A stretch of DNA of 64,000 nucleotides from Phoronis australis. Taxonomy: Eukaryota > Animalia > Phoronida. The stretch is taken from NCBI GenBank assembly GCA_002633005.1, contig NMRA01000224.1:462781-526780 (forward strand), read 5' to 3'. The position numbers and the translations under genes are program-made. The notes under the pieces were generated by a model, which did not search any database, had not been told where the DNA came from, and saw only the letters and a program-made list of their open reading frames with translations. Positions 13,275 through 25,730 of the stretch are shown here, in pieces (the first letter of the stretch is position 1; every line of letters starts with the position of its first letter).

Positions 13275-14949
13275 TTCTATAAGGTATTCAGCTTTTAAAG
13301 TACACTAGTTAAGAAGAATTTTTTTCTCTTATACATGGCTATGAAGAAAATATTATTTTTATTTTTGATTCAGGACTTTTGGTTTCTTCGTCATAAATGA
13401 GGAACTGGCAAGATTCTGCCGTAATGATGTGCTGGCTTTCAACAAAGGTACCAACTACAACAAAAGGCGCCTACCCCAACATATTTTCGCAATGCAAGGG
13501 TTATGTCACAAATCGTACTGCTTTATCTACTTTGCTTGCAGTCAAACAAATTATGTTATTTACTCAGGCACCATATTTTATGTGTCTAATGCATATTTGT
13601 TTTGTCTACTACTTAGTACTCAGATAAATGTGATTTCTTTGGGGTACTAATAAACAAAATTTATGCCCAATACCATTTCTTAGTTTCATACTGAAAATCG
13701 GATGAAGACTTAAATGTAATGAAACAGAACTGGTAAAGTTGCTACAAACCAACATTCCATCAACAATAAAGTAACTTTTAATTTATACCATTTTCCGCAT
13801 CAGACCTCCTATCAGTAAGTTTCTTTACCCAGGTGAGGATGGGTTTCTTGGCGTGTAACAAATTCACCTACAGAAAATGACAAGGTGTTTCAAGGCAACT
13901 TGATAAACTGAGGTTCGAACTATAACGAACTGTCAGTTCTTTTTAATTCCAGGAATCACTTGTACTTTGAGTAAGGAATGGGCCAAAACAATAAATAGTC
14001 AAAATCAATATTTGGTTTAATTGAAGGAAGGCAGGTTCATAGCAGCTTTAACAGCAATGACATAATTACATTAACAAACAAAATGGATTTTCACTGCCGG
14101 AGTTTAACCTGTATAACATCAAATGCATTTCACTGCAGTAATTCTCAACACAACAGAAATGTAAATGCAAACAAGAGTTGCAGCATGACATGTAATTAAT
14201 CGAAATATGTTTGAAGTCATGGACACATTTATACTAATTACGTAGTCAATTCGCACAACCACGTGGACCAACAAAAGCAGATGATGACTGTTGATAGACT
14301 CAACATGAACCAAGTTACATGACCACTTCAATTAAAAAGCAGGTACTGTATCACAGTTTTGGAGTTAAATGTAAGCAAACAGCGGTCAAGGATTGTTGGT
14401 TTACATATATAAAAAGTAGAATATCAGATTTATATGCTGTACGGTAAATGAGTAAGATCAAAAATATAGGCGTGTCCTTTTGTATTGACAACAGTCTATA
14501 TCCACGTCAAGCTACTATGCAAAGGTAATTTTAAAATTAGTGTCAAATGTTCACTGAAGCAGTGATAGTTCTTTTGATAGATCAAATAACATTTGTTGAC
14601 ATTGCAAAACCATTGATCGTCAAGGCAATGAACTGGGTGGCCCCTGGAAGTCATGTGTCAAGTTTGTGCACGCCTTGTTTTTCTCTCAAGCATCTGCTAA
14701 TTATGGACACCGGTGGCACTGGAGTATAGGCCTTTCTTAATCCTTGACAGCATTACTCTTAGATTTCTCACTGAAGTACCTATGTAGCCTGTAAGTGTAA
14801 AATATTGTGAAAAGTTACAATATAATTGAGCACTGAAACACTAAAACCAATTATACAGTGCAAAGAAAACCACCATTGGGTACAAGTAACGATAACTGTA
14901 TGTAAACCACCAACGGAATGCCAGTATCAACAAGTGTGAGAGGTTGCAA

Positions 14950-16823
14950 GTTAGAAAGATGGTGCAAGAACTAATGCACGTATTGCCAAATCTTCATCGC
15001 ATCATGATAACTTTTGATGGCCATTGCCACTTTATGGTTTAAGTGGATCCTAGAGTTCTAAGACAAGAAATTGAACTCATGGCAACATGGTTATGTCCCA
15101 AGTGCTACTCAGCAGCCGGTCATACTATTATCATCTTTTAACAAGCAGTAAAAAACCTACATTGAGAGAAAATAACAGTTGCATTTTCACAGAAAAATTT
15201 CTGCGGCTATAAACCCTGTTATCTGCGCAACTTAACTTTTGATTTTAACCACTTTCCTCATTCAGATGAGAAATAAGTTTTGGTCTTGCAAAGAACTTTC
15301 AGTCCATTATGGTTGTGACCATGTCAGGTGAATGAAATGGCATGCTGTGACACGTCAACCTAAAGAAACTCTCAAGTAGTAACAAATTGCTGGAGATTTT
15401 CAAGCCNGTATAGCCATCTTGACCAAGACTTATCCCCCCCCCACTGTACTCAGTACGACCAACACTGATATGAGCTTTCTAATAAAGCTATTGGCGTGGC
15501 CAGGTGAAGTCCCCTAACACATCCTACAAACATCCCCCCTGTCCTGCCACAATTCTTTACACCACCTGCCACATTGTTCTGCTAGTTGAAATCGATCTAA
15601 AAGCCATTTTGTACTTAATTTCGGTGTGAGCAGAGTGTCGACATGAACTGGAAAGTTAATCGAATCGTTTTTACCGGCTTTGGATGTCTAAGTAAACTGT
15701 AGCTGATGATGTTGTCATCGAAGTAATCGCAACGTAGTGCAGACGCAACACTTGTACACAAGGAATTTTTAATGTGATGATTTGGGAACATTGACATGTG
15801 CTAATGGACACAAAAACCTATTTCTAATTCGATTAGTGACTACTCGAGCAAAATATGAGCAGCTTTTAGCGACGACATTACTCTGTAATTGTCGATGATA
15901 GCAGTGGCCCCTGACAATAACTTCTTCGATGTAACCGAAGTTGATCATTCATACTACCGTACACCACAGCATCGACGCTCCACTTGTCTACTGTGAAGTC
16001 AACTGCCACAGTGAACTTCGATTCAGGACCGAAGTTAACCCTCCATACTGACTGCAACTCCCCAAAACATCGCCATGTCGACGTTAGAATGAAAGGGTCT
16101 TACCAGTTTTAACTATATGCTAAAACACTAACATGGTGTAACTAGTCCGGGTCAGCGTGAATCAGCACTACTACTAGCAGTATTAGAACAAAAACTGAAC
16201 AGCTGATCGAATTGAGGCTCTTCAAAATGATTCGGGTCCGATGTATGCTGACTGAGATCAGTCACCCATCAGTGAATGCTCTAACCGTGTATACGAGTCA
16301 TTGAACATTTCACAAACAGTACACTTACTGACTTATACTTGTCCATCGAAAGCCTGGTATTGTTCATTTGTTGTAATGTAAAACCTTCACGAGTTCGAAC
16401 ATTCAGTCTTGTCCTCATTGTTTCTCACCTATCGAACGAGTCGTACAGGTACACGGTTTGTTGGTAATGCCGCTTTTTGTACTGGCTAACACGTCTTTTT
16501 CTGAATCTCGTAGAGCAGGACGACTGCGTTTCGCCTTCGGACGTGCACCTCATAGACCTACTTCTCCCCGCCATTTGTATAAATTCTGTTGACCTCTAGA
16601 TCTGTGGCTGCGCATGCGTTGTTGTAATGTTAACAATCTATTTAGCACCACGGATACTAAATTCTTTGTAAACATTTCATTCGTTTGTAGTATTTACAAC
16701 GATTTTTTTCAAACTTTTTGCACAAGTTGAAAGTTAATAACTTTTTGAACTCCCAGTCACATCAAAAAACCGGCTTTAACGGCGTTAAGAGGTTTTTTCT
16801 TCTATAACTCGGACCATAGGCCT
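14950..16823 (-). mobile_element. Highly decayed Kolobok-type transposase region with one terminus (AGGCCTATGG, TTAA-flanked)
   Basis: Terminus ccataggcct|TTAA at 16814-16827. The N-terminal remnant is 'MAGRSR...VYLYDSFDR*ETMRTRLNVRT'. 'TSPGHA' near 15500 recalls the Kolobok GDGRCDSPGHSA motif. Many stops. Confidence 0.45.
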
Positions 16824-16836
16824 TTAACCTCGGGTA

Positions 16837-17468
16837 AGTAGTATAGTAAGTTGTTTAGGCGCCCCGTTAGGGAATACCTAGGTCAAAGTAATAGGTCAAC
16901 AGTCACGTATGAGTGGAACCGGAAGTGACGCCATCCGCCAACCGGAAAGAAGTGACAATGACGTCTCAAATCATTAGTAGGCTTAATTGGACCTGTTAGA
17001 GAGGGACCTCGATATTATAAAAAGAACAAAGGGGAAAATTTATACAACAACGACACGTATCCCGCGCAAAATAAGGTAATCAACCTTTTGTTCTTATTCA
17101 GTACGCAACATAATCGCTATTTTGTTTCCACTCTAGATCACTTGAAGTCTGTATACACAACATAATCTTTTATAACATCCAGGTAGTGGACCGTGCCACG
17201 CTCTAACCTACGTGGTGATGTCAGCAGTCACGTGACTTCCGATTCGACCTCGTTTACTTTCCGGTTTACCAAGTCTTCCGTCAGACATTGGATCGAGGTC
17301 CCTCTCTAACAGGTCCAAGTAAACCTATTACGTAATGATTTGTGACGTCATTGTCACTTTTTTCGGTTGGCTGATGACGTCACTTCCGGATGCACTCAAA
17401 ATGCGTGACCTCTGACCTATGACCTAGGCGCCTCGCAGACGAGCGTCTAAACAACTTACTATACTACT
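16837..17468. mobile_element. Non-autonomous Polinton/Maverick-type element (632 bp)
   Basis: Termini 5'-AGTAGT...ACTACT-3', ~175-bp imperfect TIRs (16837-17013 vs 17292-17468), and a 6-bp TSD CGGGTA/CTGGTA. Confidence 0.75.
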
Positions 17469-18029
17469 CTGGTAGTTGTAGGCAAACCACCTGTCACTGC
17501 TCAGTTGTGCCTGAAAACTAAGCCCATAAGTTTGATGAGTGACACAAATTCTGGGACTCTATGACAGTTTTTCTAGCGTGTAAACCGTGTTGCCGTTATC
17601 GCGGGGGCCTTTGTGGTACAATCGTGTCGCTTAACAAAGATAGCGATGTCTGTGTTGCTTTGGGAAAGGGCTAGGTTCAAAAAAACCAATGACAAATACA
17701 ATAAGCAAACATTTACTTGTTGATTTTAAGTACCCTGCTACCTGAAACGGATTAAGGGATGACTACTGAACACTGCAGTAGGCATTACCTGGGTCAAATT
17801 CCTTGTTGGGTCATTCTTCAGCTAAGTCGGAACTCGCTTATCTTGTAGGGAATCTCTTGGTCCCATTGAATCGGACTTAACCGAGGTTTACTGTTTAATT
17901 TTATTTGAAGTGTGTCGTTGTTCGATGCCTAGCCGATTTTGGATAATTTCTAGCTCAGACTTAATTGCGCGGGCTATTCAAAACCCTAATTTGAATGAAC
18001 ATTTTTTTGCTTGAAGCCGGATCACTTAC

Positions 18030-18135
18030 CTGGTTGGTGTTGTTCTGAATCAGTTGATCGACCTCTTCACACAGTTCCCCAAATGTAGGTCGGTCTTCGG
18101 GCTTTTCCCGCCAACATGACATCATGATTTTATAC
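18030..18135 (-). CDS. RTK exon: kinase subdomain XI (YKIMMSCWREKPEDRPTFGELCEEVDQLIQNNTNQ)
   Basis: ttattag acceptor, gtaagt donor, 106 nt, phase 2->0, CW...RP.F motif. Confidence 0.92.
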
Positions 18136-18740
18136 CTAATAAAATCAAAGTTACAGGGCATTTGAAGGGGATGGAATGTCAAACTCTCTTAACATCTGAG
18201 CAATTTCTATGTAACGCGTGGGTAACCCTGCTTGTGAGCATACAAGCTTGCATGATTTTTATTTCGTCTACTTCATAAATATGCATGTCATAGACAGTCG
18301 AAAAGCTCAATCAATGAACATGCATTCATATTGTCTCGAGTGCAAGGATCCCTTTCGAATCCTTAATTTCATACTTTTCAGAAATTTTAAGTATTATAAC
18401 TCGACAATGAACCAGACAAAAGATACTGTGAATACATTAATTTCGTCTTAAAAGAAAGGATAAAAAGATGACGATCTCTCAGATTTTAAGAAAGAATTTA
18501 TTTTAACTAAGTAATGACTAGAACATAAAAGTAACTCTGTAATGACGTCGTGACGACCACCATCTTGTACGTTCAAAGACGTGGCAGTAAATGAAGGAAT
18601 CAATTTTGCATTTGCTAAGGAAATGCAGACACATACGAATTCACACTTACTGAAACTACAAGTACTTCCTGGAGAACAAAAATGTTCTGTTTCCATTTTT
18701 TTAAAGCCAAACAAGTGCTCAAAAAGTGCAATCGGCTTAC

Positions 18741-18949
18741 ATGTCATCGTCACACTGATCCGGCTTGGGCATGCGATAACCAGACTTAAGGACATCTAGG
18801 AGGCTCTTGGCGGATATTGCAGGGTAGGGACTGCCACCTAGCGTGGCGATCTCCCACAATACTACTCCATAACTCCATACGTCACTTTTGGACGTGTACT
18901 TTCCGTTCAACAAGGATTCAATGCTCATCCACTTGAAGGGAACGCGTTC
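18741..18949 (-). CDS. RTK exon: kinase subdomains VIII-X ([43 protein letters not shown]...)
   Basis: cag/gtaagc splice sites, 209 nt, phase 0->2, canonical PTK motifs of FGFR/RET type. Confidence 0.95.
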
Positions 18950-19128
18950 CTGCTCGTGAAGATAAACAAAAGGTAGGTTTTACAAAATGCAGTTTGAAAT
19001 TTATTTCGCATGGTAAAGGTCAGAGGTAGAGTTGCAAAAAAGTTTACCTTTGCCGGAACTGTAAACGGTTGACGTAAAACTCCTAAACACACGTGAGCAA
19101 GGTGTGATGCCAGTGTCTCACATCTTAA

Positions 19129-20783
19129 AGGAGAATGCCACCCGATTTAATTAGTCTTTTTTGCCGTCTTAATCGGTCTATATCCACATCGCCTTGAAGG
19201 CGGTTGACCTTACCTTGCCGAGAGCTGTCGCGTTAACCTGTGAGGAAGGTGAGAAACGACGCAGCGACGTCAGTGGTTCATTTGCAGAGTTAATGCCGCT
19301 ATGTTGCGGTGCATCATTCCCGCTTGTTCGAACGACGCAGCTGCGAGGAAAGCGGGTATATCGTTTTTTCGACTTCCTCGAGAGTCCAAAATGCTTAGGA
19401 AGTGGCTCGTGGTAGTGAAGAATTAAAAGTACGCTATAAATACAAGTATGAGGCCGTGAAACATCTCCGTGTCTGTGGCCTGTAGTCGTCGATGCCGGGA
19501 CAGTGCCTGACGAATGCCGGCTTACGTTCCGTTGTCTGAGCTTGTTCACGGCGCCTCTCTTGTATTTCTTCATCACTGTATTCCTGTTCGAGCTGATAGC
19601 CTGTGAAACTTAACGATCCACCTGCGAAGTCTTCGTTAGTATGAGCTCTCGTCTAAGTCGGGATTGCGAGTTGCCGTGTTGACGTTTATTACTGAGCGTT
19701 CTGTTTCAAAATGAATTATTCTCACCCTTATATCAATACTTATATAAAACTGAAAGAAAGTGTGTCTCATTAGATGCAATTTGGAATGCCTTTGGAATGT
19801 TCGTGAGTGCAAATGATTTGAGAAGACAGCAATGAATAAATCACTGCGTTAACGGCTTTATTTGTAATAAAAGTAATTGACGGGACACCGAGGCCGTGTG
19901 AGCTCATGCTAATTAAGTGTTTGCTTACAGAAACTGTTGTGAAACAATTCGATTTCTATACCACCGCCAGGTGTTAGGGAATCTATATTTACATTTACAT
20001 TATTCAAATAATGATTGTCAATGTAAAACTTCTGCCGTGACGGTTCTGTGGCCAAAGCGGAACCTGACTTCGCGGCCTCCGACAAGTAAGTAGATTTGCA
20101 GTTTCGTGGCTAATTCACCAAAATAATCACGTGCACTTTACTTCTTTGGCTCGCTAGTATTTCTTGACTGGAAGTTTAGTTTCCAACTATGGATTGTTTA
20201 TGTTCGTGATGTCTGATCGGCTTCCGAGCCACTGACCGGGATAACGAGTGGCCCCGCCGGCCGCGATCGGGCTCCGAGCCACTGGCCAGGATAACAAACG
20301 TTTTGTGTGTTTAGAACTCAAAAAATAACAAGTCTAAACACACAGATCTAGGTTCTCCTGTCTGCAACTCACGAAAAAATACTTAGAATTTATCTCCGAA
20401 CAGACCCCAAACTCCTTCTACGACGGACCTTATTAGCCTCAGTGCCGAACGTTGTAGGCTACGGTGTGTGCAAACGCCAATAAATCCGTAACAGCGAAAT
20501 TAAACAACACGTTTATATAAGAGCTCGGTGTATTTTTACGGGTTTTACATCGAAGTTTGATGATTTATTGGTGTTAAACGATGAATTCAAGCAATAAGCT
20601 GACACCAGTAATCCGTGTTGTGAACTACTGAACAGACTGCGTGTGAAACCAATTACGTCATTGGATAATTTCAACACCTCCGTCTGCCGTCATGTGTCAA
20701 CGCAACCGTACGTGCCCTTATGGAATAGAACTACTCGATCTAAATTGATACAAATTAGGTTGTTTTTTGGGTGACATGCTCCT
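19129..20783 (+). mobile_element. Complete non-autonomous Kolobok-type DNA transposon with THAP remnant
   Basis: TTAA TSD on both sides. TIR aggagaatgccaccc / gggtgacatgctcct gives AG...CT termini. Decayed THAP 'RCIIPACSND...FFRLPRESKMLRKW...HLRVCG' at ~19293-19480. Confidence 0.85.
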
Positions 20784-21231
20784 TTAAGATTACTAGGCAC
20801 AGTGAACAAGGCATTATGCAAGTAATAGGCTACTACTGGACACGACCACGTAAGACATGTTAGTGTATGTCACCGTAAACGATAAATGGCGGTAAAACTA
20901 CGCATGCTAATTAAGGTCCACACACCTAAATTGATATCGTGATTATACGTCGGTCCTTAAGTACGGCACAGACAAAAGCTACGTTCTCAGCCTGCTGTCT
21001 CAGGTGTCATTAAACTACACAATATTTCACGTCAAGACGTGGAAGCGGAAGAGAATTGAGTGAACTAAATCAACTGGCATGTTTTCCTCATAATCCCGAT
21101 TGCAGGAAAGACACTCTGCGTATTGTCTATCCGTCTACAAGACTTAATGTTCAGCTTCTTCATTCGAAGCCTGAGGCAGGTGGATGAGCATTTAACTCTG
21201 CGTCATTGCCTTACGAACTTGAAGACAAAAC

Positions 21232-21422
21232 ATGCGCGCACCCAGACTAAAAATATGGGGGGCTCGAATTTTTGGGAACGTGGACCTTTTACTAAAAAAG
21301 CGCGGTACGAGTCAGAGCTTTTGATAGTTCCTGCTCGTTTAGTGGGCTATTGTCTCGTTTTCTCGTACTTTTTGTTTCTTTTCGGCGGATTTTTTGTCCA
21401 CTTCGCCAAATGGGGGCCTCCA
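21232..21422 (-). repeat. ~200-bp interspersed repeat, copy 2
   Basis: Reverse-complement similarity to 4188-4395 and 28708-28938. Confidence 0.65.
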
Positions 21423-22492
21423 TTATAACTCGTATATCAAGCTTTGTCAACTAGTAAAAGTATATACTTTCTGAAAGAAAAAAAGATCAAGAAATATAAA
21501 AACATGTTTTATATTTATGCACCATTATCATTATTACGTCAAAGTTTAGTTTTTAAGAAACGTACATTCTTAGCAAAATTAACAAAATAGCCTTTTGGTT
21601 GATTTTAATGAGACCTTTTTCAAATGGAAATTTCACCAGTCACATCAAAAACTTTGTTAGGAATCTTCGATTAGTCTTTTCGTTTCGTTTCTATGACAAA
21701 TGAAATCACAGAACGTAAGGAATTTTTGTAATAAAATAAAAGTCGTATTTGTCTTTTTTAGATGACGCAAAAAGTATGTCTCCATATCGAAAATCCTATA
21801 GCGTTTTTGAGACCCAGGTCGCCAAACGAAATCTGATGTCGCCAAGTTGAAAACAAAGTCATCGGCGCCGAGTAATTGCGTATTCCATTGAGCATTAATT
21901 TTCGTCAAGCAAAGAAGAAAAATCTCGTACAGAGGTAACAGCACCCTTCAGCTTGCGGTTCTCTAATTTTCACCGTAGACCTGCGTACATTCAGTCTCTA
22001 ACCCGTTATTCCGACTACCGCAGACGACCGCATGGCCTAGTGGCGCGAAATCCGCAGATTTTGCTCGATTTTTACCGAAAATTTCGACTTCTGTTTGTTT
22101 ACTTCTGTTGTAATTAAAATGTGGTGGGAAATGTGTTCAATTCACGAAATAAGCGGAACAATTGTAATTCAAAGATAACAAATCTAGAAAAACTTTTAGT
22201 AATTTCAAGTTTGGAAGTCAACACGAAATTGAGCGCTACTAGTATTTCACAATGGAAACGATGGACAGAAATCGTCTAAAGCAGCCGAGCTAGATATGCT
22301 GCATGTTGGAACGACGCACAGAGGTTGTGGATTCATTTTGCCGGTTACCACCATCTGGTCAAATGACATATAAGACTTCTGATTGGGTCCTGATGACGAC
22401 TTCTGTGTTGCAGACCAATCACATGTCTCAGCCGGTTGACTTGTCGGACCGGCGAAGTGAATCGGGTGCAATCTGAACAGATTAAAACTTAC

Positions 22493-22615
22493 CTGAGACC
22501 GTTTTTTATAGTATCCACTTTCGTAAGCGTCTCGCGAGAGTCCAAAATCGCATAATTTCGCAACCATGTTGTCACATATGAGGATGTTGCGAGCGGCTAA
22601 GTCTCTGTGAAGGCA
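22493..22615 (-). CDS. RTK exon: catalytic and activation loops (CLHRDLAARNILICDNMVAKLCDFGLSRDAYESGYYKKRSQ)
   Basis: ttccag/gtaagt splice sites, 123 nt, phase 0->0. HRDLAARN, DFG and YxxxYY are intact. Confidence 0.97.
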
Positions 22616-22632
22616 CTGGAATTGGAAAAAAA

Positions 22633-23060
22633 NNNNNNNNNNNNNNNNNNNNNNNNNNNNNNNNNNNNNNNNNNNNNNNNNNNNNNNNNNNNNNNNNNNN
22701 NNNNNNNNNNNNNNNNNNNNNNNNNNNNNNNNNNNNNNNNNNNNNNNNNNNNNNNNNNNNNNNNNNNNNNNNNNNNNNNNNNNNNNNNNNNNNNNNNNNN
22801 NNNNNNNNNNNNNNNNNNNNNNNNNNNNNNNNNNNNNNNNNNNNNNNNNNNNNNNNNNNNNNNNNNNNNNNNNNNNNNNNNNNNNNNNNNNNNNNNNNNN
22901 NNNNNNNNNNNNNNNNNNNNNNNNNNNNNNNNNNNNNNNNNNNNNNNNNNNNNNNNNNNNNNNNNNNNNNNNNNNNNNNNNNNNNNNNNNNNNNNNNNNN
23001 NNNNNNNNNNNNNNNNNNNNNNNNNNNNNNNNNNNNNNNNNNNNNNNNNNNNNNNNNNNN
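22633..23060. other. Assembly gap (N run)
   Basis: Continuous Ns. Confidence 1.
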
Positions 23061-23589
23061 TGCATAGTCATAGAGCACACACGGGGCTTCAGCATCCACA
23101 CACTTTTTGTCAGTTAGTTGACCCTGTTGACCGCAATTGTCCACGAATATAGTAACCTTAGGTCTTTTGGGAATTTGTGGCCACCTGTCGAAGACTTGCA
23201 CCAGGGAAATTATCAGTAATAAGGCTTAGCTCGACGACGTATTTTGATAAAAATTCCATCTTTTACCATTTGTTTACATGCAGACAGCCACGCATGCGCA
23301 ATTCAATCACCACTAGTACAGCAGCGACACCGCGAGGAGAATTCTCCGAATAGCCCCATTCTGAAGGGAGACGTAACATTTGCAATGGATTATGGGAAAT
23401 CGATCGCGTGCAACCAGAGAACGTGAACTCAACAGCAAGTCTTAGCTGCCACGAGCATACGTCAAAAAGTCAATAACCTGGTTCGCCTGTGGTTATATCG
23501 TACACGTACCAGATATATAACACCCACACATTGTTACCAGCTAGGAATTATACATTTTATAAACAATTATAAAAATACATGTAGCTTAC

Positions 23590-23771
23590 TTTCATGCTCT
23601 CCAAATGTCCCATCCCTTTGGCTATTTGCCAAGTAAATGACATTAGATCTTTGTTATCCATTAACATGGGGTAGGAATGGTCGCTTCGTCCCGCTATCAG
23701 ATCTTTGTTTCTTAAATAATTGAGAAGGTTGCCATGCTTTGCATACTCGAGCACCATCATAAAACAACCAC
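23590..23771 (-). CDS. RTK exon: subdomains V-VIa with short insert (GCFMMVLEYAKHGNLLNYLR...DLMSFTWQIAKGMGHLESMK)
   Basis: gacag/gtaagc splice sites, 182 nt, phase 1->0. EYAKHGNL and QIAKGM motifs are FGFR/RET-like. Confidence 0.95.
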
Positions 23772-23984
23772 CTGTCACAAAATACAATTAATGATTAAAC
23801 TTGTTCTAGCTAGGCAGTGGCGGATCTAGGGAGGGGGGCCATGGATCACCAAAAATTCTCCCAGATTCCATTCGGCAATTGGGAAGTGCGAATGTCTGAC
23901 GGGCAAAATCCTGGCTAACACTTTGCCCAGCCCCCCCCCCCCTTATCCTTAAATCCTGGATCCGCCCTTGCTTGGAAAAGAAAG

Positions 23985-25128
23985 TAAGTATGTAAATACG
24001 TAAGTAAGTAATTTTTTATTATAGTGACATGTGTTCAAATGGATTTAAACAATAAATAGGTAACAAAACAGGAACACCCAGCCCTCCACAAGGCTTATAT
24101 ATCACTTTAGATACATGACAAACAAAAAATAAAACAATTGTACACGCATTGCAAGACGACCAAAAAGAGAACAAAGTGATAAGAGTGATAACACAAAAAT
24201 GAATTTTTCCTTACTTCTTAAATATTTTTGATGAAAACTGAAGTTTTTCCGATATTATTTTTTGCATAATTGTAATTAATTTATTTCCACAGCTTTCTGC
24301 AAGAAATCGTGGATATTTGATTTCAACTTGACAGTAAAAGGTGTTTCTGGCATCTAAGAAAAACGGACAGAAAATGTACTTCAGTTTCGACCCAACCAGA
24401 GTGACAAAGACAGCAAATTCTACCATCAAATTCCAGAAAACGAACACGCCCAACCTCAACCAATAGCTGTAGGGTTCCGGTTCTAATTTGAGCAAGAATT
24501 GACCTACAGGGCCGAGTTAAGTCCAACTGCACGTAAGGCTCAACTTCAAAAACATTCGTCATCAAAACATAGGTTCTTAACTTTGGTTTCGAACGGCATT
24601 CAAACAACCACTTATTTCAAGCCAAATCATGCAAAATATTCTTACAGTGAGAAAGATTAACCGAGCGTAAGTTATGAAAACAATCCGAAATCCCTAATTC
24701 TTCAAATATGTTCAAAACTTCAGAAGGCCAATTATTAGAACAGGTAGTGTAGTCCCACCAAAATATTCGATATGCTAGTCTATCTTCCTCGAAATTAATA
24801 ACACGATTCCACATTCTCAAAAGCTCAATTTTCCGCCTAACACTGGGGAATGCCCACCCCATGTCACCCACAACAGCATGATTAGAAGCGAATTTGTGAA
24901 CGCCCAAGAAAAACCGCTAGGCCCAATTCTGAATAACATCATAATCTTGTAAACTAGAGTCCCCCGGACACCTACACAATAGTCGCTAACAGGCACAACA
25001 CATGCATTCCATAATGTAGTGAATGTTCTGTACCTCATATTTTTATTCTTTTTAAATTTATTAATGTAAACGCCCAAAGCTCTTCCGGCAGATTCGAACA
25101 GAGTTTTAGCAGTTTCAGAAAACACCTA
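23985..25128 (-). mobile_element. 3' fragment of a non-LTR retrotransposon (RTEX-like) with (TTAC)n-like tail
   Basis: 'KPKLRTY', 'RSILAQIRTGTLQLLVEVGR' and 'RICCLCHSGWVETEVHFL' give the post-RT region with a C-terminal Cys/His motif. Frameshifted. Tail aagtaagta repeats lie at ~23985-24010. Confidence 0.7.
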
Positions 25129-25139
25129 TTATTGAAATC

Positions 25140-25730
25140 TCTTGTTCTATTTTCACCGACCTCTTGTCTATTTACACTGTCACGACGTTTCGGTCGGTCT
25201 ATTCTCCGGCCATCGTCAGGTGTTCTCGTGTTCTTAGAAGAACGAGCACGGATATGCGGTACACTCGTGGTGTGAATTTTGTCCGAAGCAGGATTTGAAC
25301 CCACGACTTCTGAAACTTCAGATAATTTGAGTCCAGCACCTTAACCATTCATCCATTTACTTAGAGGGAATTTTATTATACTTCAATAACCTTCCTAAGT
25401 AGACTGAGCCCGGTGTCACTAGGTTGTTTGCTTGGCTGACTGAAGACGTTGCCTTGTACTTTCATGCACATGGCTTCTTTGATCTTTCTCTTGGTCCAAG
25501 CTGTTTCACTGTCAAGAATTCGGATGTTATTCCACTGGATATTGTGTTGTTTCGACCACATGTGTTCTGTTACTCCATGATGAGTTATTACCCTCTCTTA
25601 TGTTCAGCAATTCTTGTCTCCAGTGGCCTTAATGTTTCACAGATATACGATTCACCACATTCACATGGGATTTCGTAGATGACATTTTTCTTTTCCCCAT
25701 GTCAGTTCTTGGTTTGACTTTTGTCAGTCA
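25140..25730 (-). mobile_element. Penelope-like element 3' fragment (GIY-YIG) with hammerhead-like motif at ~25175-25225 and an embedded tRNA-derived segment
   Basis: 'VIYEIPCECGESYICETLRPLETRIAEHKR' and 'NNIRILDSE..WTKRKIKEA'. The motif reads acac-CTGACGA-tggccgg-agaatag-accgacc-GAAA-cgtcgtgaca-gtgt. Confidence 0.8.
25275..25360 (-). repeat. tRNA-derived SINE-head-like sequence
   Basis: A-box-like tggatgaatggttaaggtgctggac and B-box ggttcaaatcc. I cannot fold a clean cloverleaf. Confidence 0.5.

Noticed and set aside
17138-17200. 'HYLDVIKDYVVYTDFK*' on the minus strand as the RTK last exon
   Set aside because: It has no polypyrimidine acceptor and lies inside the Polinton-like element. The exon at 8363 has a much better acceptor.
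22247-23201. Long ORFs containing X runs (also 33597-34395 and 62138-62610)
   Set aside because: Their length comes from N gaps. Only the 22493-22615 exon is real.
25275-25360. Functional tRNA gene
   Set aside because: A and B boxes are present, but I cannot form an acceptor stem or clean anticodon arm. Treated as a tRNA-derived repeat.
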